A stretch of 64,000 bases of DNA from the NCBI RefSeq assembly GCF_036321535.1, contig NC_087447.1, positions 40,922,001 to 40,986,000 on the forward strand. Reading direction: 5' to 3'. Every line of letters starts with the position of its first letter. Within the stretch, counting starts at the first letter, position 1. The notes beneath the pieces are model-generated. The model was given only the letters and a program-made list of their open reading frames with translations, had not been told where the DNA came from and searched no databases. Below, in pieces: positions 10,861-23,852 of this stretch. The stretch is from Camelus dromedarius. Taxonomy: Eukaryota. The translations under genes were made by a program, and so were the position numbers.

Positions 10861-11664
10861 TTCATAAGGTCAGTGGATTTTTACCAGCCTTAACCCAGAC
10901 ACCTGACCCTTCTTCTGTAACATGGAGTTAAACTCATTCATCTGAAAGAGGTCTTGTGAAGGCTAAATGGAGAAACCTGTAGGGGGCTCAGTCAGCACCA
11001 TGCCTGGCACAGAGTAAGTCCTCAATCAATAGTTTTGTTAGTGGTATGAGTTATTACTAGTCAAGACAGCATCTGGCAGATCTGTACCCCTTCTTTCAGA
11101 CCTAGTATCTTTTCATGGAGACCCAGGGATGGGAGCTTGAGAGATGTGCCCTCCCACACTGGGATGGAAGCCAGACCCTGGTCCTTCTGCTTGCTGAGGG
11201 CCAGTTGCTGTGGGCACAGGTTGAAGGGGAGTGGGGACTTCTCCTGCCATCAGGTCTTGCTGGCACAAAGAAGCTGGCCTGCCTTTCCATTTGACCCAAC
11301 CCCCAGGCAAGAAAGACTTTCACACTCGAAGGGTTCTCCTACGGGCAAGGCCATACTGACACACACCCCCCACCGGGAACTTTCTGGAACTCACTCCCCA
11401 ACTCAAGCTGGTTTTGCACAACTGCATCCAGGAGAGCCCAGGATAAGAACAGCAAGCCGATGGCAGAGTATCAGTGGCAAGCATTCCACCTCAGGAGAGA
11501 GACCGCTCCTGAACAGCACAGGTGCAGATCCCCATCTGTCCAAAGACATTTCCTCTTCCTTTCTTCCACTTGGAGCAGGACGTAGGGAGGTTTCCCTGTA
11601 GTCTATATGAGGGCTCCACTGCCCTTTGCACGAAGCACCAGCCATGGAGAAGTGGGCTGCTCCC

Positions 11665-11862
11665 TGCTGCCATTTCTCAGTAGGGTGTCGGTAGCATTTG
11701 CGGTGGGGCAGTTCTCCACTGTGTGGGACTCTCCTACCCAACACAGGGTGTTTAGCATCCCTGGACCCTGGCCACCATCAGTGTCATTGTGGGACCAAAG
11801 TATCCCCCCATGCATTTCCAAAAGTCACCTGGAGGAGGTGGTACCACACCTAGCTGAGAATG
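11665..11862. mobile_element. hAT-Charlie MITE (MER3/MER20-like)
   Basis: TTTCTCA start, AGGGTGTTTAGCATCCCTGG core and GCTGAGAA end. Confidence 0.5.
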
Positions 11863-12739
11863 TGACAAAGAAGGAATGTAAGAAGCAGGCTCTGGGCTTT
11901 GGGAATGGCTGGTGGCATTGAGTGGGGACGTCTGAATTGTGTTTACATCAAGGAAGCTTAACAATATGTTTGTCTATTTCAGGTAAGTTCCTAAGTAGAC
12001 GTGTTCAGAATATACCATGGGCATAAATGGATTCTTATATTCGATTTTCCCAACTAACTCCATTGTCACCACACTGCTTTTGTCCCAGCTGCTTTTTCTG
12101 AAATCTGTTCATTGCTGCACATTAGTCCTGGCAGCATCAAGTTTTAGTGGAGTCCTTGAGGTTAGCACTGTGTTAATATACTGGGAATTTCAGCAGAGCT
12201 GGGCCCTCTAAATCAATCACCAGAACAGCTTTATTTTATTTTTTTCCTTCTTGCTCAAAAAATACACCTTGAAATGCTGGAACATGTGTGGGAGTGGAGG
12301 TTGACTTGGGTGAAGGACACACTTAAAAGGAAAATTTCATAATATTCTTTCTGCAGGAAAAAGGATCTGCTGGTCTTAATTCTTGGAGAATGGGGCTACA
12401 GAACACATTAATGTCTCTGCAGTGTCTTAGCGCCTCAGAATATCCTGGGCCGCTCAAGAGTCACTCAGTCATGTTTGCCTGGGGCATTACAGGTGCTTCA
12501 CAAATATGTGTTGGATACAGGAATGCCTAAATTCACGGAAAATTTGAGCCTTTTAAGTGATGACCACCATATGGACTGATCTGTACTCATCTTCTTAATC
12601 CCCCTGGGGGTTTCTAGGGTGGCAAGTTTCACCTTGACACCAACCCCTGGAAAACAAGGACAGCTGATGCCTCAGGAGTATTTTATCCCCCGTGATGTAG
12701 TTGGTAGGGTAGTCATGGAATGTCTGGGAGGACCTGGTA

Positions 12740-13900
12740 GCCAGAGAGCCTCCATCCAGGGAAGGAATGAGGAGGAGGAGGCGGCGAGTGCAGACTCCTC
12801 TTCCCCAGAGTTTGCTGTGAAAGGATGGAGAGATAGCGGCTGGCTATTAGAAGGGGAGTGGGGTTGAGAGAAGACAGGTGTGTATTAAGATATGCTTTTT
12901 AAGAAAAGCAAAAAGGGAGCATGTTTTGAAACTGATGGAAAGAAGTCCAGAGAAAGGGATCTGATAGATGGGGAGAGAATGAAGCCACGTTCTTGCAGTG
13001 GGGACAGGGGAGGGACGGGAGAGGATGGAGTCCAAGGCCAGTGGGGTGGGCCCTGGACTACAGGAGGGGAACTCCCGTCTTGGAAGGTCCAGGGCAGGAT
13101 GGAAGGAGGTTCAGGAAGAAGAAGCTTGCAGGCTGTCTTGCAAGTAAAGAGGGGGGTCTGGAAGTATTAGAGAGGGGAGACAGTTGAGGAACCCTGCTCA
13201 GGGGAAATGGCTCAGAGGCTGGGCAGGCAACCCAAGAGGGAATACCAGGTAGGGCTGGGGGCCCTCTTGAAGTTGAAAACCAGGAGCTTGTGATGGATCT
13301 AACTTGCCCAGTTCTGTGATTTTTCTTGGAGTTCGAGAAAGCTCCACATCCAGGGAACAGGTGTGGAGAAGGTGAATGAGGCTGCAGAGGTGGGATTTAC
13401 AGGGTGTGAAAGGCAGAAAGGATGAAGAATTAAAGACCTGAAGGTGCTGGGAAGGGAGTGACTGCAGGAATGTGAGTATAGCCTTTCTAGGGACCTGGAA
13501 AGGCCAGGTGGGAGAGGAAGGAAAAAAAGATTTTTATTCGTAAGGTCTCAGTTAGGCTGATGAGCAGGCATTCAGGAAATAAGAGACGGGGTAATCAAGA
13601 TTAAGATTTCAGGGGTATAGCAGTTCAGGCACTGAGAGCTGGGGTTTGGGTGTGGGAGGCCCTCCCTGGAACTGAGGCCATGGTGCAGGTTGGGTCACTC
13701 ACTGATTGAAACTCTGAAGTCTTGCCGGTGGGATGTAGAGGAAGCTGTGAGCCTGATGCCAGAGACCTGGATGGATGCGGCGGGCTACCTGGGAAGCACC
13801 TGGTGAGAACGAAGCGGGCGGAGCGTGGTGGTGCCTGATGTCTGATGCTTAAGGAGGAGGTGTTTTTACACCAGGGTGGGAAGCTGAGGTGTGGAAGGAG
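12740..13900 (-). mobile_element. Probable degraded internal L2 segment
   Basis: Long purine-rich + strand with L2-like phrases such as GAGTTTGCTGTGAAAGGATGGAGAGATAG; heavily decayed. Confidence 0.4.
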
Positions 13901-14018
13901 CACTGCGGGGAGAGGAGAGCGTCAGCTCCATCTCGTATGCCTGATGAGAGAACCAGCAGGCCCAAGAGCCCACAGGAGTGGCGGTGTCCTCCAGGAAGAG
14001 CCTCTTGGGTCAGGACAG

Positions 14019-14579
14019 TGTTGGGCTGCTCCCCGCAGGCCTGCAAGCCTTGGCGGTGCCCAGCCTCGAGACCAAAGCAAAAGGCCAAAGACAGTGACAG
14101 AGACATCAGTGGTTTACTGGACAGGGGGACCTTACACAAAGGGTCCTGGAGTGACACCCCACCCTGTGCAGCAGACAGTGGCAGGACACAGCAGCGGTCT
14201 TTGCTACAGCTGGAGGAGAGGCTACTGTTTATAGGGGATTTGACATCACGTAGCTCATCAGTTACCAGAGGCTAATTAAACCCTATAATTAAGAGGATTT
14301 GATAGGCATGTGAGTGAATCAGGGCTAGCTGAGCAGGGGATGTACAGAGAGCAGGAGAACAGCCATCTTGAGTGGCCTGACCACACAGACAGGCAAAGGC
14401 CCTTCTAGTTGGAAAGGACTGGCCTTGAAAGACACTGGGATTTTGATAGGTGTTTTCAGAGGACTCCAACTGAGGCAGACAAGGGAAGACCAACCAGGGA
14501 AAGAAGCCCCGAGCATATCAGGGTGAGAGAGGGGGAGAAAGCCCCAAGAAGACCACAAAAATTAAATCTCAGGTACACA
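14019..14579 (-). mobile_element. Unclassified ERV-type solo LTR
   Basis: TG...CA termini. On the minus strand TATAAA (14228-14233) precedes AGTAAA (14113-14118) and a U5-like end GCAGCCCAACA. No clean TSD. Confidence 0.6.
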
Positions 14580-15024
14580 CTCAGGCCCCATAGGAACTGG
14601 GAGGGTAGGAGGAAAGGGCTGGTGGAATCAGACTGGGGGACCCACAGCCCCTTTCCTGCAGCCACTGCAGTCACCCTTGGTCCCCGGCTTTTGTGCTCAG
14701 GACAAAGCACCCACTCCCAACAGTCTCTCCATCCTCACAGCAAATGAACTCTGTCCCCGTCATGTCACGCTGCTTTCAGTCCAGGATCAGCAGGGCTCCA
14801 TGGAGGCTCCACTCTGCCAGGGGAAGGGTTCAGGAGAAAAGAGGGCTGTGTCTTGGTAAACTTGGGAGGTCAGGGAAGCCTTCCTGGAGCAGGAGCTGCC
14901 CTGGGCCTTAAAGGAAGCAATGGATGTGTGGAGCAAAAGCAGAGCGGGAGGAGTGCTTCAGGAGAGGGGAGTGCAGGTAGAAAGGGGTGGCATCAAACCT
15001 TCCTTTCTATCTTTAGTAAGAAGC

Positions 15025-15225
15025 AGGTGTCAGAGTGGTTGAGAGCTGGGCTTTGGAACCAGTGGCCTGAGTTCGGTTCCCAGCTCTGCCACTTGCTGTC
15101 CGTTTATTGACCTCTATCTAATTCTGTTTCCTCACCTAAAAGTGCAGGTAATAACACCCCCACTTATCCAGGGTTATTTTGAGGATTAAATAAGTGTGCT
15201 TGTAAAACACTTAGCATCCCTGACA
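15025..15225 (+). mobile_element. MIR SINE
   Basis: CCTGAGTTCGGTTCCCAGCTCTGCCACTTGCT...CTGTTTCCTCACCTAAAA...GAGGATTAAATAA. Confidence 0.75.
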
Positions 15226-15243
15226 CCCGTGAAAGGAGCTCCC

Positions 15244-15780
15244 TGTATCAGTACACCTTGGCCACGTAGCAAACTACCCCAAGATTTAGTGGCTAAAGAC
15301 ACATGTGTTTATTTAGCTCAAGATTCTGGGGGTCAGTAGTTTGAGCTGGGCTGCGCTGGCCCTTTCTTCTGGTGGTCTCAGCTGGGCTCAGTCAGGCAAC
15401 TGCAGCCAATAGCTGGTCAGCTAGTTGGGTCAGCCTCCAGAGGTGGGCTGATGTCAGATGGAGAGAGGGGGCATCTGGACCATGTGTGTTTCATCATCCA
15501 ACAGGCTAGCCCAGGCTGCTTCACCTGATGGTGGTGACAGGGATTTCTAAGAGCAGCAAGAAAGGGCACGCGCAACTGCATGAGTGCTTTTCTGGTCTCT
15601 TCTTGCATTATGTTCGCTGTGGAAATTTTGTCATTGGCCTAAGAAGTCACACAGCCAAGCCCAGACTCAGTGGGCAGAGAAATAGACTCCATCTTTGAAA
15701 GGAGTAGCTAGAAAGTCACATTGCAATGTGGTTTGCATGCAAGGATGGGGGAAATCTCTGGCTATTTTTGTATCACAATG
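15244..15780 (-). mobile_element. Old MaLR solo LTR (MLT1F-H-like)
   Basis: CAAACTACCCCAAGATTTAGTGGCT, CATCATCCAACAGGCTAGCCCAGGCT, AATAGACTCCATCTTTGA. Confidence 0.7.
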
Positions 15781-16267
15781 CCCTATCAGGTTCACTTTGT
15801 ATTATTTCATTTGTTCACTCCTTCATCCAAAAAACATTTATTGAGCACCTATCTTGTGGGATGGAAGGAAAGGCATCCCCAAAAGAATGGCCTCAGTCTC
15901 CTAGCACTTTCTCTGTCACAGTGCAGTCCATCTGGCATTGCTATCCCGGGTCTGTGACATCCACTAAAGACATGAGCTGGACCTTTTTTCTCTAGTAAAT
16001 CAGGTTATACTCTTCCCGGGGAACAGGGGGATGGGACTGCAGATGGGGTTGGAGCAGGTGAAGTAAGAGCTAAAAAAGATTTCTATTTGCAAATTAAAAT
16101 CAGGCACCAATATTTCATCCACACGAAGTCCATTTTTCTGGGATAACTTCTCCCTGCTGGATCTTAACCCACAGGTTTTATTGCTTTCCTCTTTCCTTCA
16201 TCTTCCTGGTCACTGAGATTATGGCTGAGTCCAGATCGCTATTGACTATGTTAAAAAAAACCCTGTT

Positions 16268-16270
<3 letters not shown>

Positions 16271-16312
<42 letters not shown>
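16271..16312. repeat. (CA)21 microsatellite
   Basis: Read directly. Confidence 0.98.
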
Positions 16313-16314
<2 letters not shown>

Positions 16315-17529
16315 CACCCTGGGAACATTCTAAGCTCTTCTTGTTTCAGTGCAGGGTAACAGTTGTGGTGTGCCCGCAAGGGACTAAGCCCCTTACTGCT
16401 CTCAGGGGCCAGATAAGGGTTAGACCTGGCGCAGACTGTGTCCTGGGGGCAAATATTGGAAATCTCATCCTGGAGAGGGCATCCTATTGTATCCAAACTA
16501 TTAATCCAAAAGGCCATGTTGGGGGGGGGGGGGTTGTCCAAGGTACTGGCCAAAACTAAGCAGAGAGAAGCTTAGTGGACTCTTAGAGTAAGAGATATGA
16601 AATAGGAACCAGGTGGGGAGCCTGGATGGAGTTCAATGTCCCTGGAATAGTTTAGTAACACATATATTTAAACAACTATATGTTTGGAGTATATGTTACA
16701 TGTCAAGCACTGGGTTGGATAATAGAGACACAATGGTGAGCAAGACAAGCATGGCCCCTGCCCTTGGGGAACTTGGAGTCTGACGGGGAGAGACTGACAT
16801 GACAAGAGCACTGCTAAGCACTGACATTACCCAGCGCAAAGTCCATATAATCCCCCATCAGCTCTACGCAGTGGGTACTGCTATCATCTCCTGCTTTTAC
16901 AGATGAGTAAACTGAAAGAATGAATGGCCAGGTAAACTGTCCACAGTTACACAGCTAATGAGCAATGAGAGTGGGGAGGTGAATCCTGTCAGTCTTTCTT
17001 AAATCAGCCTCCTTCCTCTCCCCTGCTAGATGAAGTCCTCTCGGTATATATTTTACAAGCCCGTTTTACTTTTCTTTAAGATCGTGCATCACATGTTGTG
17101 ATTCTGTTTGTGCATGATTGTTTGGTGAGTGAGCATAGCAGAATGCGTGTGTCAGCCAGTTCAGGCTTCGTTATGCTCCAGTAACGGGTGACCTCAAAAT
17201 CCAAGTGGCTTCCAATAACAGACATTTCTCGGTCATGCTACAGGTCCAGATCTTTACTGACCTTATCTTCCTCTTGCAGCGCTTGTCAAAAGCAGCCGAC
17301 AGTAACAAAGGCGTGCTTGTCATCGAAAGCACGAGCTCATTTGCCATGTTTTCTGTCTACCAACTTATTGCAGGCAGCAGTCTTGCCAAGTGTTTCACTG
17401 CTGCTGCATAAAAGAGGTCACAGGGATGGTTCCTCACCACCCACTTTCTGGCCCCCGTGTCAATGTCTCATCTATTAGGGTTTGGCGGCACTGTTTCATC
17501 TAGAATGGATTTCTTTATCATTCTGCTTA

Positions 17530-17830
17530 GGCTGATGATCCCCAAATCGCAGGGCCTTACAACAAGAAATGCTTATTTCTTGCTTATGCTACGTGGTCAC
17601 CAGCGTTCAGCTGCTGCCCTGGGTCACCTCACCTTTTTCTGGGGCCAAAGGAGCAGCCCCGCCTCTGGGACACGACCAGTCCAGAGGCAGAGAGCAAAAA
17701 GAGATGTGGAAGATCACCTGCTTCCTCCTAAGGCTTCTGATTGGAAACGACATGCATCTCTCCTGCTCACGTTCCATTGGTTAAAGACACGTGGCCGAGT
17801 CTGACACGAACGATGCTGGGACGTGTCGGC
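17530..17830 (-). mobile_element. Old MLT1-type LTR fragment
   Basis: CCCCAAATCGCAGGGCCTTACAACAAG...TTATTTCTTGCT...CTGCTCACGTTCCATTGGTTAAAG. Confidence 0.55.
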
Positions 17831-18100
17831 TGAGACTGGAGGGAAGCACCGGGGCGGCCCCGCGGGACAGGGCAGGGAATCCATCTGTTAGAGGCATTAG
17901 GAGCGTGCACTGACGGTCACAGGCGGATGCAGAGTCAGCAGACTGTTGTGTTTTGAAAAGAGGAATGTCAGGGTGCACCTTTCTCAGTGCACATCGTGTG
18001 CCTCATCTTAGCTGTTTGTCAGGGAGTAGAGGGAGCTTGTGGTAGATGAGCAGACACAGCTAGGAAGGGTTTGGAGCAGCACCTTCCAAAATTGGGGCCT

Positions 18101-18266
18101 GGGGGGAGGGTATAGCTCAGTGGTAGAGTGTGTGCTTAGCATGCCTGAGATCCTGGGTTCAATCCATTTGCCTCCATTAAAGAATAAATAAATAAATAAA
18201 CCTAATTATCTCCCCCATCCCAAAAACCCAAACAAACAAAAACAGTTTTTTTACAAAGAAAAAAAC
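18101..18266 (+). mobile_element. tRNA-Ala-derived camelid SINE (vic-1 type), long form
   Basis: GGGGAGGGTATAGCTCAGTGGTAGAG (A box), GTGCTTAGCATGC, GGTTCAATCC (B box), then AATAAATAAACCTAATTATCTCCCC and an A-rich tail. Degenerate flanking ATTGGGG repeat. Confidence 0.85.
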
Positions 18267-18364
18267 AATATTGGGGTTCCCTTTATGTGTAAACTTAGTC
18301 TGTCTTATAGTAAAGAGGGAACGGGTTTCCCTGATTTACCTGACTTAGAGGCTTCCAGCTTGAT

Positions 18365-18366
<2 letters not shown>

Positions 18367-18412
<46 letters not shown>
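18367..18412. repeat. (CA)23 microsatellite
   Basis: Read directly. Confidence 0.98.
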
Positions 18413-18414
<2 letters not shown>

Positions 18415-20459
18415 TCCAGGGAGGACTCTTATTGGCCCAGACTGGGTCACATGCCCATCCTGGAACTAATCCTGGGCCAAGGCAATGGGGCACTCTGATT
18501 GGCCAGCCTGTGGGACAGGCCTGCCCATATGGCCAGGGCGAGGCAAGATGCTGTCACAAGAAAGCAAAGAAAACTCTCAGCATCAAGAATCCTGTAGCCA
18601 TCATTTCTGGTCTGTCTCTGGACTCTCACTGGTTTCCCTGTGGGAAGCCCAGGGTGACCCCTGTTACCTGTCTCTCTCCTGAGGCAGAGGCTCTCACAGG
18701 GACGCACTGGGCCCAGGAGACTCCAGCAGTCACAGGGAGAGAAGACAGCGCGAGGCGGGGGATGAGGGCTGCTGCTGGGGCTGGCTGGGCCGCACACAAC
18801 CCGCAGGCAGTGGAAGAGCGATGACACCCATGCTGCGGGCACAAGCCTGGAGAGAAACATGAAAACAGGCACTAGGCATCCAAGTCAGGCTTTCAGAGCC
18901 CGGCAGTAGTGCCCACGGCTGCTTCCCCGGCTGCCCAGTTCAGGTGCACAGTGGGAGGCAGAAGTCATACCTTAGACTTTTCTGCTCAGTGTTACATCCG
19001 GAGACCACACCTCTGCCCAAAGCTCAACTCCTCTCGCGGCTGCCCTGCAGGCCCACGGCCATGCTCTTCCAGGCAGGCCTGCCGAGCAGCCGGAGTCACC
19101 TCTAACCCCAGCTCACTTCCAGGCCCCTTGAATGTCTTTGACTCAGAAGACTCTGAGGACCCCTCAGATGTGCTGACAAATGGAGGGCTGGTTAATCTGA
19201 GGTCCCAGCTCCCCGTGACCGGCAGGGTGCAGTCCAAACTCTGCAGCTCCCAAGCTGCTTCTCCAGCCCCATCTTCCCTAACTGGCCATGCAGTGCCGAG
19301 CCCCTGTGACTTTGCTTATCCTCGTCCTCTGCCCGAGGTCCCCTGCCCTTGTCAGTTATCTGGGCAAACTGCTCTCCTCCCAGGCTGATCTCAAAACTCC
19401 TCCCTCACTGGGCCAGCCCCGGGGAGAGTTTGTCACCCCAGCTCTGCCTGCCTCCTCTTGGTCTGCGCTAAGGAGGCTGTTCTTTCCAGACTTTTCAGCA
19501 TGGCTGTCTCCCCCACAGGCTGAGCACTCCTGAGGGAAGCCCTGCGTGGCTCCTCTCTGCTTCCCCGTCCCTAGCTCAGGCCCACGCCCTCGGGGGCATG
19601 AAGGAGTGTTTGCTGAATTAAACTGGATGGACTGCTGACTAGGGGCTGGGTGCCAGCTGCAGACCTGGGCCGGGGGTTCCTGTGCTTAGCTGCCCCAGGG
19701 AAACAAGCTCACTGTGGGGAGTCTGAGCTAGGCACCTTGCTTTGCACGTGTCTGCCCTTCGTGGTTAGGGCAGACAGAATGTTTCTAAGTGTTTCTGTTC
19801 CCTAGATTCCCCTGGTTCCGTGCTTAGTGAATATAAGATCATTTTGGAAATAACTCGCCTTCGTTCCTGATTTAGCATCAGTGCCCTGCGGTCCTCAGCA
19901 CAGTAACTAACCTCTGGGTCAAGGGGTTAATGACCAGTAACCAAACCCTTAAATCAGCCTGCCCTGTCTGTGGCGGGGCCAGCAGCTCATTCTTGGTAAA
20001 TAGGACAGACAGCCCATTTCTAGCCCACATGGTGGATGTCACCATCACCACTCGAAATTGAAATTTAATAAAGCAAGGCTCTGCTCCTTCTCCCCCAACC
20101 CCCATCATGCCCGCACCCTGCCTGCTGTATCCGTGAACCCTTCCCCTCAGGCCCACTGGCCGGGCAGGCTCAGGGAGGGGGCCACAGGGATGAGGGCCAC
20201 TGAGTCAGGGCGACTGGAACAGCAGCTCCCCCCACCGCTGGGTGTCTCCTCACCCTCTGCCCCTGCCTGTCCTGTTCCTGCCCTGCAGTCCCTGTGGTCA
20301 GACTAAGGGCTCCCAGGATTTTAATCCTCACAACTGCATTTTACAGGTCAGGGAATCGAGGCTCCGAGTGGCTCCCAGCTAGGGAGTGAGGGTGGGTGTG
20401 CCGAGGGGAGACCCAGGTCACCTGGCTTGGAAGCCGACCAGGCCACCTTTCTCCTGGAC

Positions 20460-20632
20460 CAGCAGCTCTCAAACGTTCGTACATCGGACTTGCCTGGAGG
20501 GCTCGGGGAGACACGGATTCCCAAGTTCTGCCCTCGAGAGTTTCTGATTTTGCAGCTCTGGGGCTGGGCTCAGAAATGTACGTTCCTAACAAGTTCCCAG
20601 GTGGTGCTGGCACCGCCCTTTGAGAACCACTG
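20460..20632. mobile_element. MER5A-like hAT MITE
   Basis: Terminal inverted repeats CAGCAGCTCTCAAA / TTTGAGAACCACTG with a TAACAAGTTCCCAGGTG core. Confidence 0.8.
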
Positions 20633-23389
20633 TCCAGAGCAGTGGTGTTTCCTAGCCCCTCAGCCGCCTTCCTCAGAGTCTTATGAACAACACCCCGTAG
20701 CTGGATCATGCCTGCCCCGCCGTGATGAGAGGAAGGCTGAGAAGCCTGGCAGTAGCAGGTGCTGTCCCTGCATTTCCTCCCCTCCCCTTGATACACCCAG
20801 TTTTCTACCTTGAATCCACCTGGAATCACCTGGGCTAAATCCCCATGCCCAGGCCCCGCCCCCAAGACTGATTTAGTTTTTGAAGCTCCCCAGGTGATTC
20901 TAACAAGCAGCCAAGGCGAGCACTGCCTGAGCTTGCCTGCATTTAGGACTGTGTCCCTTTGATTCCTCTGTCCTCTCCCATTTCATCTGCTCACAGATCT
21001 TTCTCCTCTCCCAGTGCACACCCCGGCCTCCAGGAAGCCCACCCTTTAGCCCACAGTTTGGTTCTCCCATCAGTGATCTTTGCCAACTCCCCCCTGCCCC
21101 CACCATTTTAACCCTGTGTAATCACCCCATTAGGTGTGATTTTCAACCCCTCAGCTGTGTCACTCCCCTAGTGTGATTCCCACCCCTGCAGAGAGCTGAG
21201 GTCTTAATTCTTGGTTGGGCTGCAACAATCCCTTAGGGTACAGATCCCCTCCAAGCATGCAAAGAAATGACCACAGAGACCCCACTTCACCCTGCATCAC
21301 TTGTCCCCTAACAGCGCGCTGAGAATAGTTGTTTTCTCTCTGTAAAGAGTATTTCCCTAGGGCTCTCCCCCTTCCACCCCTCACCACGCTCCAGGCCGAG
21401 GAAGGATTTAGCCGAATACCACCAGTGCCGCGCCATCGCCTGAAACTTGGTGCCTCTGTCTCCACTATACCTCATTTTTCAAGGGCTCTTACTCAGTAGG
21501 CCCGCAGTGTTGCCAAGGAAACATGGCGTAATGGAGGAAATAAACCCGCTCAAAATCCACACGCCATGGTTTGAAAGAAAGCTGGCACTTCCGTTGTACC
21601 TTGGAAATGTGTGATTAGGTAACTGAACCGACCCCATTTTGCTCCACGTTCCTGATTTGCTGGGTGGCTCTCCTCCCCTCTCCCCCTGCCCACCACACGA
21701 TTCCCTTATCTCAGCCTCTGCTCAGCCTGGGGAGGGTCCTAGAATTCCCGTAGAGGCCAAGATGCTGGTACAGGAGTCTGGGTAGAAGAGGGGACTGAAT
21801 GGTTGAAAAATGTGTAAATCGGCCGTATTAAAGAACGGAGGGCCTGGGGGGTCTGAGGGAGGTGGAGACAGGAAGGTAAAGCTACCCACCCAAATGTTTA
21901 CAAATTCCAGTTGGTGGGGTTTAAGCTGATGAAGGTTTACTAGGCGTTAGTGTCCCTCCTTCTGGACAAAGGCCTCGTGCCTCAGAGCAGTGGTTTTCAA
22001 ACTGTTTTGTAAGTTCTTCATAACCTTTTGTTCAAGTAAAATGCTATGTGAAGGCCAAATAAAAGGAAGACCAAAAAAGATCTGCCCAGGTTGGGGTGGG
22101 CAGAGGGCCCTAGAACCCCACCCACCGGAGCCCCCGAGACCCCTTCTTGGAGCCCCTGGGTCTCGGTGTGAACTATCTGGTGGGAATGACCCGGTAGTTC
22201 CCTTGCTGGTTCTGAGGGATGAGCTCTGGTTGGCCCCCGGGGAGCCTTGTTCCTCTGCCTGAGCCAAGGGTTTGGGGCTGCTGGGAGGTGGTGCCCCAGT
22301 TCTTGCCAGGCTGAGGGGAGGACCACCTGGGCTGCTTGGTCCCAGTTGTGGGATGAAGACCCCAAACTTCCAAGATCTCAGCCTTCCCTGGAACCTCCCC
22401 TCATCTGGGAGGGAGAGAGCAGCTGCCTGTGTACCTGGCAAGGTGTCTAAAACCCTCTTAGCCTCAGTTTCTTCATCCTCACAGCTGAAGGTGAGCACCG
22501 GTGTGGAAGGTCTATAAAATGTTTGTTGCCTTCTCACCCTTCCCTTCCTGAAGTGTTTCCACCCCCAGTGGCTGTTTGTCAGTGAGGCGATGTTGGATGC
22601 AGTGAGGGCTGGGGCCTGTGGAAGGCACTACCTCGGTCTCTGACAGAGGCAGGCCCCACCTCCAAGCCTCCCAGGAGGAGAAGCGCACCAGGCCGGCCGG
22701 GAGCCTGCCTGCCTCCTGCAGGGCAGGGGGCCTTGCTTGTCTGGGAGATGAGATGATGGACCGGACCGAGGGGAGCCTCCAGCCTGGGGGTCTTTGCCCA
22801 GCTGTGGCTCCGCGGCCCCGAGGATGGGAGTGTGCAGCCGGGGGCACTCGGGGCTCCCCGGCTGGCCGTCCAGCTCAGCTGCTAGTCCTCACTCCTGACC
22901 CCCGGCCTGGGGAGAGGAAAAGCCCCTGAGCCTGAGATACTGACAGTTTGTCCTTTTACCTCGCTGGTGATTGTCCTCTCTCTCAAGCACCAGAATGAAA
23001 CGCCAGGAGTGGGTTTGTCGCCCTGCTGGGCCATGGGGGCTGAGAGGAGAGTGAGCTGAAGCAATCGCTTGCAGCTGAGGAGGGCTGAGGGGTCAGGGGT
23101 GTCATTTCTATGCCCCAGGGGTTTGTAAAACATCCACAAATGGCGTAACAGCTCGCCTTCCACCTCTGACGTGAGTTACAGGAGGGGTGTTGCCGCCTTA
23201 GCCCTTTGTCCCATCTCGTGTCACAGGCCTTTTAGTTAAGGCTCCTCCAGCCCTCGGCTGCTCCCTTAGTCCAGGCCCCCTCACGGCTCGAAGGGATCCC
23301 AGCGGAAGCTTCCAAGCCAGCCTCTCCCCCTCCGGCCTGGCCCCTGGAGCTGGAGTGACCGTAGGGAGGGAGGCGAGTGAGGCGAGCGG

Positions 23390-23600
23390 TCACAGGTGCA
23401 GCTCTGGTGTCAGACCGCCCCAGTTTAAATCTCAGCTACTGTTCTCCAGCTGTGCAACTTTGGACAAGGTCTTAATCTCTTTGTGCCTCAGTTTTCTCAT
23501 CCACAGGATGGGGATAATGGTAGCACCTGCTTCATAGGGTTGTTATTAGGATTCGCTGGGATAAAGTAACTTCATGTCTGGCCCACAGTAAGAGCTAAAA
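23390..23600 (+). mobile_element. MIR SINE
   Basis: GTGCCTCAGTTTTCTCATCCACAGGATGGGGATAATGGTAGCACCTGCTTCATAGGGTTGTT. Confidence 0.8.
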
Positions 23601-23632
23601 ATGTTTCAGCTTGCATCAGTAGCAGTCCAAGG

Positions 23633-23852
23633 CAAGCGTTCTCAATGGCAGCGCTCTTGACCTTTGGGACTGGATAATTGTTTGCTGTGAGGGACTGTCC
23701 TGCAGGCTGTAGGGTGTTAAGTGGCGTCGCTGACCTCCACCCACTGGATACCAGTAGCAGCCTTCCCCCAGCCCCATCCTGCCGACCGAAAATGTCTCCA
23801 GACGTTGCCAAATGTACTCTGAGGGGCAAGACTGCCCCTTAGTGTGAACCAC
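23633..23852. mobile_element. MER20 hAT MITE
   Basis: GGATAATTGTTTGCTGTGAGGGACTGTCCTG...AAAATGTCTCCAGACGTTGCCAAATGT. Confidence 0.85.
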
